A stretch of DNA of 64,000 nt from Alphaproteobacteria bacterium (lineage in GTDB: Bacteria; Pseudomonadota; Alphaproteobacteria; CBDDJK01), in contig OZ245897.1 in the NCBI GenBank assembly GCA_965229675.1, forward strand, positions 1,366,488 to 1,430,487. The letters are read 5' to 3'. A program made the translations under genes and the position numbers. Under the pieces are notes generated by a model. The model saw only the letters and a program-made list of their open reading frames with translations, was not told the origin of the DNA and searched no databases. Below, one piece after another: positions 1 through 9,974 of the stretch. Each line of letters begins with the position of its first letter. Position 1 is the first letter of the stretch.

Positions 1-513
1 ATTGATCCCAAGGCTTTACCCATTGGCATTGATGGGTGCCAAGTGCCAACGCTTGCGATGCCGCTGGTGAATTTAGCCATGGGATTTGCACGGCTTGGCG
101 CACCAGATTCGCTACCAAATAAATTATTTAGGGCAAATGATGCGTTTAAGGAAGCGGTTTTGCGTATTCGTAAGGCGATTGCGACCTATCCACATTATAC
201 GGCGGGTGAGACTGGCTTCACAACAAAATTAATGCAGGTTTTTGGCGAGGATTTATACCTTAAAAATGGTGCAGAAGGCGTGATGGTTGCCATTTTACCC
301 AAACGCCAGCTTGGTATTGCCGTTAAATGCGAAGATGGCGCAGAACGTGGCGCACAACAAATTATGATCGGGGTTTTGCAAGAAATCGGTTTTTTTGATG
401 GGGTGTCGCCAACCCAAAAACAAGCCGTTGATTGTTTAATATCCCCCGCTTTAATTAATGTTTCAGGCTATAAAATTGGGGAAGTCCGCTGCGCACCAGC
501 TTTAAAAGCTTAA
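1..513 (+). CDS. Asparaginase family protein (Rhizobium-type L-asparaginase II family), 5'-partial at window edge
   Basis: Frame 1 is open from base 1 (IDPKALPIGIDGCQVPTLAMPL...). The motifs IDGC..P, NGAEGV and AVKCEDGAERG are as I recall for the asparaginase II family. Stop is TAA at 511-513. Confidence 0.65.
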   Translation: MDPKALPIGIDGCQVPTLAMPLVNLAMGFARLGAPDSLPNKLFRANDAFKEAVLRIRKAIATYPHYTAGETGFTTKLMQVFGEDLYLKNGAEGVMVAILPKRQLGIAVKCEDGAERGAQQIMIGVLQEIGFFDGVSPTQKQAVDCLISPALINVSGYKIGEVRCAPALKA

Positions 514-546
514 AAAAATAGAGAATTACTGTATATTATAAATGAT

Positions 547-1149
547 TTATTGTTTTATGCGTTTTGCATGGCAATTTTCCATATCAATAATTTTCATATG
601 GTAATCAAATTGATCCAGTTTTGCTAATAAATTAGCAAAATTTTTTCCAATTCTAAAAACGCCATCGCTGTGTTTATATTCAAATAAAATTTCATCTGGC
701 ATTAATTTTTCAAACGGAAAGCTTTGTAATAATTGTGCATCAAAGCCTTCAGTATCGGTTAGTAGTAATCTTAAATTAGTGATTTGATATTCTGCTATCA
801 AATCTTCAAAACTAATGGTAGGGACATTAATTTCACGTAATTCAGATTGAAATTTTTGATCGTGCAAAAGTGCATGTTGCGGATTAAAAGAGCCAAGCTG
901 ATCCCCCCATGGCGCAATTTTGTTGCCATCTGAGGTAACCATAAAAAAAGATTTATGTCCTGTATTGAAATCAATCGCTTTATTTAAGCAAGTAATATTT
1001 TCTTGATTGGCATAACGCGCCGATAATGCTTCAAATAAATAAGGCACGGGTTCCATCAAAATCACTTTGCCATTGGCAGCACATTTTTGAATGAGTCCTG
1101 CCTGTTTTGCTCCATTATGAGCCCCCACGATCAATAAAATATGCGACAT
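547..1149 (-). CDS. FkbM family methyltransferase
   Basis: Shows the pattern ILLIVGAHNG...MEPVP...LLLTDTEGFDAQLL typical of FkbM/Methyltransf_21. I prefer the ATG at 1149 (MSHILL...), which has AAAGG about 8 nt upstream, over the ORF-track start at 1221. Confidence 0.7.
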   Translation of the reverse strand: MSHILLIVGAHNGAKQAGLIQKCAANGKVILMEPVPYLFEALSARYANQENITCLNKAIDFNTGHKSFFMVTSDGNKIAPWGDQLGSFNPQHALLHDQKFQSELREINVPTISFEDLIAEYQITNLRLLLTDTEGFDAQLLQSFPFEKLMPDEILFEYKHSDGVFRIGKNFANLLAKLDQFDYHMKIIDMENCHAKRIKQ

Positions 1150-1284
1150 CAATAGCCTTTCGTAAAAAACACTTGTATCTTTAAGATACTTGTAACCTAT
1201 TATATAGTAAATTATACCCAAAACGATCTGATTTTAATATAGCGTGTTATATCATATAATGCAAAATAACTTAAAAGGAATGAA

Positions 1285-2139
1285 ATGAATAAGCTAATAA
1301 CCGATCATATCTTAATTAATGGGCGGCGTATTGCCTATGGGATTCATGGCAAAGGGGAACCGATCATTTTGATTCATGGAACGCCTTCTTCATCCTATAT
1401 TTGGCGTAATGTTGTCCCACAATTACAAAAGCAAAGCTATCAAATTTTTACCTATGATCTTCTGGGATTTGGTGATTCTGAACGCCCTTATGATACTAAA
1501 ATTGATACATCCGTCACAGGACAAGTGCCAATTCTGCTTGATTTGATAAAATTCTGGCAAATTGAAAAAGCCCATATTGTTGCCCATGATATAGGCGGAG
1601 CGGTTGCGCAACGATTTTGTTTATTTCATCCTGAATATGTTAAAGATTTAACATTGATTGATACAGTTTCCTTTGATAGCTGGCCTTCAAAACGCACCAA
1701 GCAACAAATGGCGGCAGGACTTGAAAAGCTAATTAAAGCCCCTGAACAAGACCATCATAACCATTTTCGTGATTGGCTATTAAGCACAGTCGTGAATAAA
1801 GAAAAATTGGAGCAAGAGGCATTGGAGACCTATTTAAATTTTATATGCGGATCAGTTGGTCAGGCAAGCTTCTTTCAACATCAAGTGATGCATTATGATC
1901 CACGCCATACTGAGGAAATTAGTGATCGCTTACATGAATTATCAAAAATGCCTGTTCAAATTATCTGGGGCGAAGAGGATGCGTGGCAAGTAACTGATTG
2001 GGCGTATAAGCTGCATGCAGCAATCCCAAATTCTACATTGCATATCCTGCCCGATTGCGGACATTTTGCAATGGAGGATCAACCCGATAAAATAAGTAAA
2101 TTGATTTTATCTTTTATTGGATGCCTCTTTAATTCTTAA
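1285..2139 (+). CDS. Alpha/beta fold hydrolase (haloalkane dehalogenase/epoxide hydrolase-like, Asp nucleophile)
   Basis: HGTPSSSYIWRNV oxyanion region, AHDIGG nucleophile elbow and C-terminal GHF...ED. An AAGGA RBS lies before the ATG. Confidence 0.8.
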   Translation: MNKLITDHILINGRRIAYGIHGKGEPIILIHGTPSSSYIWRNVVPQLQKQSYQIFTYDLLGFGDSERPYDTKIDTSVTGQVPILLDLIKFWQIEKAHIVAHDIGGAVAQRFCLFHPEYVKDLTLIDTVSFDSWPSKRTKQQMAAGLEKLIKAPEQDHHNHFRDWLLSTVVNKEKLEQEALETYLNFICGSVGQASFFQHQVMHYDPRHTEEISDRLHELSKMPVQIIWGEEDAWQVTDWAYKLHAAIPNSTLHILPDCGHFAMEDQPDKISKLILSFIGCLFNS

Positions 2140-2379
2140 CCATAAATAATTCAAAACCAAACAATTTTAAAGAGGATTTTTTCTAAATTCGTTTAATAGT
2201 AGGAGTACTAAAGTAATAACGAAAAGAAAAATACATTGTTCATTTTACTTAAAGATAGAAAAGTGTTATCCGTACAATAAACAGATAAAAAATATTCATT
2301 TCCGTTAACTTTAATCAAACAAATATTGAATTACACATGGTAATTTAATGCCTCTTATTCCTATTTTTTCGGAAAATTA

Positions 2380-2402
2380 ATGAACAAAAAAATTAAAAAA
2401 TA
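2380..2402 (+). pseudogene. Detached 5' end (start codon plus 7 codons) of the methyltransferase gene split by the IS element
   Basis: ATG AAC AAA AAA ATT AAA AAA TA runs directly into the left IS inverted repeat. It joins in frame to 3127 onward once the IS and one target duplication are removed. Confidence 0.75.
2395..2402. repeat. Target-site duplication AAAAAATA (left copy)
   Basis: An identical 8-mer lies immediately outside both IS termini (2395-2402 and 3119-3126). Confidence 0.85.
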
Positions 2403-3118
2403 GGGGCTGGCATAGATAACTATTAAAATGTTATCTATTTTAGCATGAGAAGAAGTAAATTAAGTATGCATATTCAACACAAATTAATTGAGCATTTTGT
2501 GGCAGGGACGACGGCGCGTTGTGCGGCTTTGATCTGTGGTATCAACCGTAACAGTGCGACACTTTATTTTCACCGTCTTCGCCAGATTATAGCTTACGAA
2601 ATTAGCGAAGAAGGTAGCGAAATATTTACGGGTGAGATTGAGGTTGATGAAAGTTATTTTGGCGGAGCAAGGAAAGGCAATCGTGGCAGGGGTGCTAGTG
2701 GGAAAGTTCCCGTATTTGGCCTTTTAAAGCGCGGTGGCAAGGTTTATACGAAGGTAATTAAAGACGTTTCATCTTCCTCGTTATGCCCAATTATTGAAAG
2801 TAAAGTTACCCCTGACAGCATTGTTTACTCTGATAGTTGGAGGGGATATAATGCCCTTGATGTGAGTGATTTCAAACATTTTAGAATCAACCATTCCAAG
2901 CGGTTTGCAGACAAGAAGAACCACATCAATGGAATTGAGAATTTTTGGAACCAAGCCAAGCGTCATTTAAGGAAATTTAATGGTATTCCAAAGCAACATT
3001 TTGAGTTATTTTTGAAGGAGTGTGAGTGGCGATTTAATTATAGTGACCCGAAAACACAAATTAAACAATTAAAACAATGGACTAAAGGAAGATTGACATA
3101 GTTATCTATGCCAGCCCC
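2403..3118 (+). mobile_element. IS1595-family insertion sequence, IS1016-like small subgroup (716 bp)
   Basis: Perfect terminal inverted repeats: GGGGCTGGCATAGATAACTA at 2403-2422, and its reverse complement at 3099-3118. It carries a single transposase ORF and an 8-bp flanking duplication. The size and the 8-bp TSD fit the IS1016 group of IS1595. Confidence 0.85.
2445..3101 (+). CDS. IS1595 family (ISXO2-like DDE) transposase
   Basis: 218 aa with EVDESYFGG...GKVPVFGLLKRGGKVYT...VYSDSWRGY...HFRINHS...NGIENFW, which matches my recollection of IS1016/IS1595 transposases. The stop codon TAG lies inside the right IR. Confidence 0.85.
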   Translation: MRRSKLSMHIQHKLIEHFVAGTTARCAALICGINRNSATLYFHRLRQIIAYEISEEGSEIFTGEIEVDESYFGGARKGNRGRGASGKVPVFGLLKRGGKVYTKVIKDVSSSSLCPIIESKVTPDSIVYSDSWRGYNALDVSDFKHFRINHSKRFADKKNHINGIENFWNQAKRHLRKFNGIPKQHFELFLKECEWRFNYSDPKTQIKQLKQWTKGRLT

Positions 3119-3126
3119 AAAAAATA
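3119..3126. repeat. Target-site duplication AAAAAATA (right copy)
   Basis: See the left copy at 2395-2402. Confidence 0.85.
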
Positions 3127-4015
3127 TTTTCCTCCTTGTGAAATTTGTAACACTGATAATTGGACAATAGCTTATCAAGGTGCCATACGTGATGGAATTT
3201 TTGGAAACTATCTTGATAACGCAATCATTGGGCGTTGTGGTGGTTGCGGTGTTGAACGGTTGGAAGAAGAAGCGTGTCCACCCGATAGTTTTTATCAGAC
3301 AGAGGAATACAGAACAAAACTCCAAGCTGGAATTGATACTCAAGATTATCTTCGCGAACACGATGATTTACAATTCCATACTTTAAAGGCAATTTGGCCA
3401 CAATCTTTACGCGACCTTATCATTGCAGATATTGGTGCCGCTGGCGGAAGCTTATTAGATTGTTTTAAGGGAATTGCAGCTAAAATGATTGCAATTGAAC
3501 CTTATGATCTTTATCGCGATGCATTGTTTGAAAGGGGATATGAAGTATATCCTTATGCAAAGGAAGCACAAAATTGGCAAAGAAAAATTGACTTTGCTTT
3601 TTCTATTCAAGTAATTGAACATATTAAAAATCCAATTCTTTTTCTTTCGGAAATTAGAGAATTGCTTACCTCAGAAGGACGGTTAGTAATCAGCACCCCT
3701 AACCGTAATGATATTTTGTTTTCCTTATTACCTGATCTATTTCCTAGCTTTTTTTATCGCACCGTACATCGCTGGTATTTTGATGAATCGACGCTTACGT
3801 TATGCGCCCAAAAAGCAGGGTTCAAAGTTGACAAGGTAAACTTTGTTCATCGTTATGGAATGTCAAACACCCTTAAATGGTTATCAAATCGTAAGACAGG
3901 GGGACATAATCCTCTACCTAATATTGACACAACCGCTGATAGCTTTTGGAAAAGTTATTTGGAACGATCTGGACACTCAGACTGCCTATATATGATACTA
4001 TCACATGACGAATAA
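3119..4015 (+). pseudogene. Class I SAM-dependent methyltransferase with N-terminal CxxC...CxxC zinc ribbon, separated from its start codon by the IS insertion
   Basis: The frame is open from the IS boundary (KKYFPPCEICNTDNW...GRCGGCGVERLEEE...). The SAM motif is IADIGAAGGSL. The ORF track only recovers it from a TTG at 3260. No ATG or GTG lies in frame between the IS and 3260. Confidence 0.75.
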
Positions 4016-4042
4016 TTAAAGTTCTTTTAAAATGGCTGGCTA

Positions 4043-5986
4043 TCATTTCTTGTTATATCTTAACCAAGCATGTAGCATTAAAACATCCCATATTAAATAT
4101 TGCCAATTATGTGCGCCACTTTGATGCTCATGCCATTTTTGTAAAATTGGTGCACTTTCCAGTAAACCAAATTCTTTGAAACTTGTGGGTGATAATAAAT
4201 CTTCTGCCCAATCACGTAATGAACCACGCAACCATTTTTCTAATGGAATACCAAATCCCATTTTGGGACGTTCATAAAGTTTAGAAGGTACAAAATCTTT
4301 TAAAATTTGACGTAAAATCCATTTTCCTTTTCTATCACGAACCTTAGCCGATTGAGGTAACGACCAAGCAAACTCAACCACACGATGATCCAATAATGGA
4401 ACACGCGCTTCCAGCGATACTGCCATACTTGCCCGATCCACTTTAGTTAGGATATCATCTGGCAAATAAGTAACACTGTCAGCATATTGCATAAATTCAA
4501 TATTATTTTGAAAAGTCGAAAACAAAGATGAATCATCCAGTATTGAATATTTTTCTTGTCCGCCAATAACAATTTCATCTGGCTCGTGCCAATGGCTAAT
4601 CATTTTTTTATAAAAAAATTGGCGATCTAATGTTAAAATATTAGCTAATTTATGCATTTTATCGCCTGCTTGTGGGGGACGATATTTAGCAGGAACCAAT
4701 CGAAATATCTCATCCCAATAATGCGATGGCATTGTTCTGATCATATTTGCGGTTATTTTTTTACCCCAAAATGGAAAATAATTGAATAAATAATTCAAAT
4801 TATTGGCTTGGAAATAACGGTTATAACCTGCAAAGAGTTCATCGCCTCCATCGCCAGATAAAGCTACAGTAACATGTTTTTTGGTCATGGCACTCACTAA
4901 ATAGGTTGGGATCTGAGAACTATCAGAAAAAGGTTCATCATACATTTCTGGTAAAGACGGAATGACATCTTGGGCTTGCTGTTCAGTCACATAAAGCTCA
5001 GTATGATTGGTGCCAAGATGATGGGCAATAGTTTTTGCATATTTTGCTTCGTCATATCCCTGTTCATGAAAACCAATCGAAAAGCTGTTAATTGGCTTAT
5101 TAGATTGTGCCTGCATTAAAGCTGTTACCAGTGAACTATCAATCCCTCCCGAAAGAAAGCATCCTAATGGAACATCGGCAATCATGCGTTTACCTACGGC
5201 ATCCATAAGTAGCTGCTTAAGCGTCTCTATCATTTCTTCATCATTGCCAATAAAATGGTTTTTTTGCGCTTGTTTAGCGATATTTTTTAAATCCCAGTAA
5301 CATGCGATCTGTGGTGCGTCATCACTTTCAATGGCGAAAGAAAGCATATGTCCTGGCTTCAATTTATAAATTTTTTGATAAATTGTTGAAGGAGCTGGGA
5401 TATAATTATGGCGTAAGAAAGAGGCAATGGAATCCCTATCAACTTCACAAGAAAAATCAGGATGCATACATAGCGCTTTTAACTCCGAACCAAATATCAG
5501 ATCACCTTTTGAAGTATATCCCCAATATAATGGCTTGATTCCCATACGGTCACGAACAAGCCATAATTTTGCTTGTTTACGATCCCAAAGCGCAAATGCA
5601 AACATTCCTATAAAATGACGAACAGCTTGTTCAACCCCCCATTCTTCACATGCCGCAAGGATCACCTCAGTATCAGATGTGCCATAAAATTTGTGTCCTT
5701 TGCGTTCCAATTCTTTTCGAATCTCAGGAAAATTGTAAATCTCTCCATTATAGGCAATAACCATGCGACCACTTTCTGTTGTCATAGGTTGATGCCCTGA
5801 TGGTGATAAATCTATGATGGATAATCGCCGATGCCCCAAAGCGATGCCATGTTGCGTATCAATCCATACACCATCATCATCTGGCCCACGATGCTGTAAT
5901 TGCTCTGACATATTATTGCAGATTTGACGTATCTCATCCGCCGTGCGCATTCTTCGCTTATCTATGAAACCTGTAAAACCACACAT
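4043..5986 (-). CDS. asnB: Asparagine synthase (glutamine-hydrolysing), polysaccharide-cluster type
   Basis: MCGFTGF N-terminal Cys nucleophile, SGGIDSS PP-loop, 647 aa. The start overlaps the upstream GT gene stop (TAATG). Confidence 0.9.
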   Translation of the reverse strand: MCGFTGFIDKRRMRTADEIRQICNNMSEQLQHRGPDDDGVWIDTQHGIALGHRRLSIIDLSPSGHQPMTTESGRMVIAYNGEIYNFPEIRKELERKGHKFYGTSDTEVILAACEEWGVEQAVRHFIGMFAFALWDRKQAKLWLVRDRMGIKPLYWGYTSKGDLIFGSELKALCMHPDFSCEVDRDSIASFLRHNYIPAPSTIYQKIYKLKPGHMLSFAIESDDAPQIACYWDLKNIAKQAQKNHFIGNDEEMIETLKQLLMDAVGKRMIADVPLGCFLSGGIDSSLVTALMQAQSNKPINSFSIGFHEQGYDEAKYAKTIAHHLGTNHTELYVTEQQAQDVIPSLPEMYDEPFSDSSQIPTYLVSAMTKKHVTVALSGDGGDELFAGYNRYFQANNLNYLFNYFPFWGKKITANMIRTMPSHYWDEIFRLVPAKYRPPQAGDKMHKLANILTLDRQFFYKKMISHWHEPDEIVIGGQEKYSILDDSSLFSTFQNNIEFMQYADSVTYLPDDILTKVDRASMAVSLEARVPLLDHRVVEFAWSLPQSAKVRDRKGKWILRQILKDFVPSKLYERPKMGFGIPLEKWLRGSLRDWAEDLLSPTSFKEFGLLESAPILQKWHEHQSGAHNWQYLIWDVLMLHAWLRYNKK

Positions 5987-7143
5987 TAGCTACCAACCAA
6001 TCCCATCATTTTCACCATAAATTGATTAACTTTTTTGACATCATATCGCTTCTTCGCCAATGCTTGTGAAGCCATACCAAATATTTTAATAAGCTTCTGT
6101 TGCTCTAAGAATATTTTTATTTTAACAGACAATGCCTCAGCATCGGCTACAGGGACTAAAAAACCATTTTCGCCATCTATGACTGTTTCACGGCATCCTG
6201 GGGTGTCGGTTGTAATAATAGCACGCCCCATGGCCAAAGCCTGCAACACAGAATGTGGTGTTCCCTCGCGATAGCTTGGCAAAACAAACACATGACAATT
6301 TTTAATGAAAGGTCGAACATCTTCAACCTCACCATACCATATAATATTTTTTTCTTTTTTCCATCCCTCTATTTCTTCAAGGTTAATACCGTCAGGATTA
6401 TGGCGATCAACTCCTCCAACAAGATGAAACTCTGTTTCAGGAAAATCGCCTTTAATGATTTGAGCTGCTTTAACATATTCACGTACGCCTTTATCGCCCA
6501 ATAGGCGTGCGATCATTAAAAAACGTAAATCTCCTCCATCAGGAAAAGAAGCGGGAGTAAAATAAGTAAGATCAATTCCAGAACCATTCACAACATAAGA
6601 AGGGATTTTATCAGATAAAATTTTTTCTTTACGAAATAACGTTTCGTCATCAGGGTTTTGAAAAAACACTATCTCTGATTTATTTAAAGCCAAGCGATAA
6701 AACATACGTAAAATGCTTGAGATTAATCGACGTTTTCCAGTCAAATTTCCTGTGAAGCCATAACCTAAGCCTGTGATCAAAGCGATACGGTGCGGTACAT
6801 TTGCCATCCAAGCTGCCAATCCTCCTAAAATTACAGGCTTTACCGTATAGGTAAGAAAAAAATCAGGCCGAATTTTACGCATTAATAAAAATAATTTTAA
6901 TATTGAATATAAATTTGAAAACGGGTCAAGGCCTGCACGACTAAAATTAACTTGGTGCATTATTATCGCATTATCTGCAAGAAAATCCTGTGCTTTAAAA
7001 GACTGATCAAAATCAGGGGCTACAGCATGGATTTCATAACCAAGTGCTTTGATATCCTGTAGTAACACACCGCGTAAATTTACCAATAATTGTGCATGAT
7101 TACCAAGTAATACGAATTTTTTTTGTTTCAAAAGGTTGGTCAC
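5986..7143 (-). CDS. Glycosyltransferase family 4 (GT-B, group 1)
   Basis: C-terminal EGTPHSVLQALAMGRAIITTDTPGCRETVIDGENGFLV (E-x7-E region). GTG start at 7143. Confidence 0.85.
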   Translation of the reverse strand: MTNLLKQKKFVLLGNHAQLLVNLRGVLLQDIKALGYEIHAVAPDFDQSFKAQDFLADNAIIMHQVNFSRAGLDPFSNLYSILKLFLLMRKIRPDFFLTYTVKPVILGGLAAWMANVPHRIALITGLGYGFTGNLTGKRRLISSILRMFYRLALNKSEIVFFQNPDDETLFRKEKILSDKIPSYVVNGSGIDLTYFTPASFPDGGDLRFLMIARLLGDKGVREYVKAAQIIKGDFPETEFHLVGGVDRHNPDGINLEEIEGWKKEKNIIWYGEVEDVRPFIKNCHVFVLPSYREGTPHSVLQALAMGRAIITTDTPGCRETVIDGENGFLVPVADAEALSVKIKIFLEQQKLIKIFGMASQALAKKRYDVKKVNQFMVKMMGLVGS

Positions 7144-7152
7144 TCTTATCTT

Positions 7153-7932
7153 TTAAAAATGATTGCGGCGATTTCTTAATTCAGTAAAAATGTCAACTGG
7201 TTGAACGGTATCGGGAAAGTCCAATAAGCGTAACATTTCAGGGTCATCTGAACGCAAAAATGGATTTAAAATAAATTCATCGCCAAGCAAGGCGGGAACG
7301 GTTGGTACCCCTTCTGCGCGCAACGCTTTAACTTTTTGCTGAAACTCAATCAACGCTTGATTATCAGGATCAATTGTAAGCGCAAAGGCCACATTTGTTT
7401 CTGTATATTCATGAGCGCAGTAAAATTTCATATCTTTTGGCAGTCTTTTTATTTTTTTCAGGCTATCCCACATTTCAGCAGGTGTGCCATCAAACAGCCT
7501 ACCACAGCCAAGTACAAATAACGTATCGCCAACAAAGCAAAAATTTTCACGATCCTCGATAAAAATAATATGACCGTTTGAATGGCCTGGTGTTTCAAGA
7601 ACACGGAAGGATAGCTTACCAAAAGATACATTATCACCTTGTTGCACTTTACGGGAGATCATTGGAATACGCTGATGATCTTTTTTAGCACCAATAACTT
7701 TAGCACCCGTTTTTGAATGAATTTCCAATATGCCACCAACATGGTCATAATGCGGGTGCGTTACCAAGATGGTATCGATGATCCAGCCCCGTTCGGAGGC
7801 GGCGTCTAAGGCAGGGGTTGCATCCCCTGGATCAACGGCCGCGCAACGATTTGATTCCTTATCATGGATCAGATAAATATAATTATCGGTTAAACCAGTT
7901 AAAGCAGGAATGATTGCAATTTCATAAGACAT
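7153..7932 (-). CDS. gloB: Hydroxyacylglutathione hydrolase (glyoxalase II)
   Basis: Metallo-beta-lactamase motif THPHYDHVGG. The length of 259 aa and the C-terminal FTELRNRRNHF are typical of GloB. Confidence 0.85.
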   Translation of the reverse strand: MSYEIAIIPALTGLTDNYIYLIHDKESNRCAAVDPGDATPALDAASERGWIIDTILVTHPHYDHVGGILEIHSKTGAKVIGAKKDHQRIPMISRKVQQGDNVSFGKLSFRVLETPGHSNGHIIFIEDRENFCFVGDTLFVLGCGRLFDGTPAEMWDSLKKIKRLPKDMKFYCAHEYTETNVAFALTIDPDNQALIEFQQKVKALRAEGVPTVPALLGDEFILNPFLRSDDPEMLRLLDFPDTVQPVDIFTELRNRRNHF

Positions 7933-8035
7933 AGTAATAACTTAGTTAGCAGTATAAGATAGATTTCTTGCAAATTATAAACATCTTTGTCATTATTAAA
8001 ACAAAATTTATGATAAATAAAGAGGATATAGGATC

Positions 8036-9958
8036 ATGACGGCACAGCGCAGTTCAATTCAGACAATTTATAAGGAAAGTTTGAAATCGCCTCAAAACTT
8101 TTGGGCAGAGCAAGCCAAGGCAATTGATTGGATCAAACCTTGGAACCAAGTGCTTGATACACAAGGTGCGCCGCATTTCTATCGTTGGTTTGAAGGGGCT
8201 GAATGTAACAGTTGTTATAATGCAGTTGATCGTCATGTTGCTGCTGGGCGTGGTGATCAAGACGCGATTATTTATGATAGCCCTTTAGCAGGAAAAAAAC
8301 AGCGACTGACCTATTTAGAATTACAACAGCGCGTGGCACAGGTTGCGGGCATGTTACAGTCCAAGGGCGCAAAAAAAGGGGATCGGGTGATTATCTATAT
8401 GCCAATGATCCCTGAAGCGGTCATTGCGATGCTTGCTTGTGCGCGAATTGGTACGATTCATTCGGTTGTCTTTGGTGGCTTTGCCTCAAACGAATTGGCA
8501 ACAAGGTTAAAAGATTGTGAGCCTGCTTTTATTCTAACGGCTTCTTGTGGATTAGAGCCAGGGAAGACCATTGCCTATCAGCCTTTGGTTGAAGGGGCGC
8601 TGGATCTGTTTTCAGATAGCATAAGGGGGGTGTTTGTATGGCAGCGGGAACCGCTTCAATGGGATTTTTCGGCGGGGAATTATCAGCATTTTACCCATGA
8701 CTGGCAAAGTGAAGAAGCAAATGCAAATCCTGCTGAACCTGTAGCGGTTGCGGCAACCGATCCTTTATATATTCTTTATACATCGGGGACGACTGGACAA
8801 CCCAAAGGCGTAGTGCGTGATAATGGTGGGCATATGGTTGCCCTTTATTGGTCAATGGCAAATATTTATAATGTGCAACTGGGGGAGGTATTTTGGGCAG
8901 CCTCTGATGTGGGTTGGGTTGTTGGTCATAGCTATATTGTTTATGCACCGCTTTTGCAGGGGGCAACCACCATTATCTATGAGGGAAAACCCGTTGGAAC
9001 TCCTGATCCTGGTGCCTTCTGGCGCATGATTAGCGAATATAAAATCACAACCTTATTCACTGCGCCCACAGCCTTTAGGGCGATTAAAAAAGAAGACCCA
9101 GAAGGCGAGCATATTAAGCCTTATGATTTAAGTCATTTTCGTGCGTTATTTTTGGCAGGGGAGCGATGTGATCCCGATACGTTAGCTTGGGCGCAACAGC
9201 ATTTAAATGTTCCTGTGATTGACCATTGGTGGCAAACGGAAACTGGCTGGTCTATTGCCGCTAATTGTCTTGGTATTGAACAAATTCCCATCAAACCAGG
9301 TTCGCCTGGCCGTGCGGTCGTGGGTTATGATGTGCAGGTTTTGGATGAACATCATAATGAAGTGCCTGCTGGTGAAATGGGTGATATTTGCATCAAACTA
9401 CCTTTACCGCCCTCTTGTTTGCCAAGCCTTTGGAATGCTGACCAGCGTTTTATTGATAGCTATCTTAGCCAACATTCAGGATATTATACAACGGGCGATG
9501 CTGGTTTTATTGATGAGGATGGCTATATTTTTGTGATGAGTCGCACCGATGATATTATCAATGTCGCAGGGCATCGCCTTTCAACTGGCGGAATGGAGGA
9601 GGTTTTGGCTTCCCACCCCGATATTGCAGAATGCGCCGTTGTTGGCGTTAAAGATGCAATGAAGGGGCAATTGCCGATGGGCTTTGTTGTGTTAAAAGCA
9701 ACCGCCAACCGTGATGAAGCGGAATTATCAGCCGAATTGGTTAAGCTGGTTCGTGAACAAATCGGACCAGTGGCTGCCTTTAAATTGGTGTTGGTTGTTA
9801 AACGCCTCCCCAAAACACGTTCGGGAAAAATTCTTCGTGGTGTAATGGCAAAACTAGCCGATGGAACATCTTTTAACATGCCAGCCACCATTGACGATCC
9901 CATCATTCTTGATGAATTAAAACAAAAATTGCAAATAATAGGCTATGCACAAACTTGA
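8036..9958 (+). CDS. prpE: AMP-forming acyl-CoA synthetase, probable propionate--CoA ligase
   Basis: YTSGTTGQPKG AMP-binding motif, N-terminal FWAEQAKAIDWIKPW...CYNAVDRH, and a C-terminal [10 protein letters not shown]. It is a paralog of acs at 29578-31524. Ends in TGA. Confidence 0.7.
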   Translation: MTAQRSSIQTIYKESLKSPQNFWAEQAKAIDWIKPWNQVLDTQGAPHFYRWFEGAECNSCYNAVDRHVAAGRGDQDAIIYDSPLAGKKQRLTYLELQQRVAQVAGMLQSKGAKKGDRVIIYMPMIPEAVIAMLACARIGTIHSVVFGGFASNELATRLKDCEPAFILTASCGLEPGKTIAYQPLVEGALDLFSDSIRGVFVWQREPLQWDFSAGNYQHFTHDWQSEEANANPAEPVAVAATDPLYILYTSGTTGQPKGVVRDNGGHMVALYWSMANIYNVQLGEVFWAASDVGWVVGHSYIVYAPLLQGATTIIYEGKPVGTPDPGAFWRMISEYKITTLFTAPTAFRAIKKEDPEGEHIKPYDLSHFRALFLAGERCDPDTLAWAQQHLNVPVIDHWWQTETGWSIAANCLGIEQIPIKPGSPGRAVVGYDVQVLDEHHNEVPAGEMGDICIKLPLPPSCLPSLWNADQRFIDSYLSQHSGYYTTGDAGFIDEDGYIFVMSRTDDIINVAGHRLSTGGMEEVLASHPDIAECAVVGVKDAMKGQLPMGFVVLKATANRDEAELSAELVKLVREQIGPVAAFKLVLVVKRLPKTRSGKILRGVMAKLADGTSFNMPATIDDPIILDELKQKLQIIGYAQT

Positions 9959-9974
9959 TTTATCAATTTAATAA

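Noticed and set aside
3260-4015. The ORF-track model of an intact 251-aa methyltransferase starting at 3260.
   Set aside because: The frame is open and protein-like for 47 further codons back to the IS boundary. It joins perfectly to an ATG on the other side of the IS, so the TTG at 3260 is an artefact of ORF calling in a disrupted gene.
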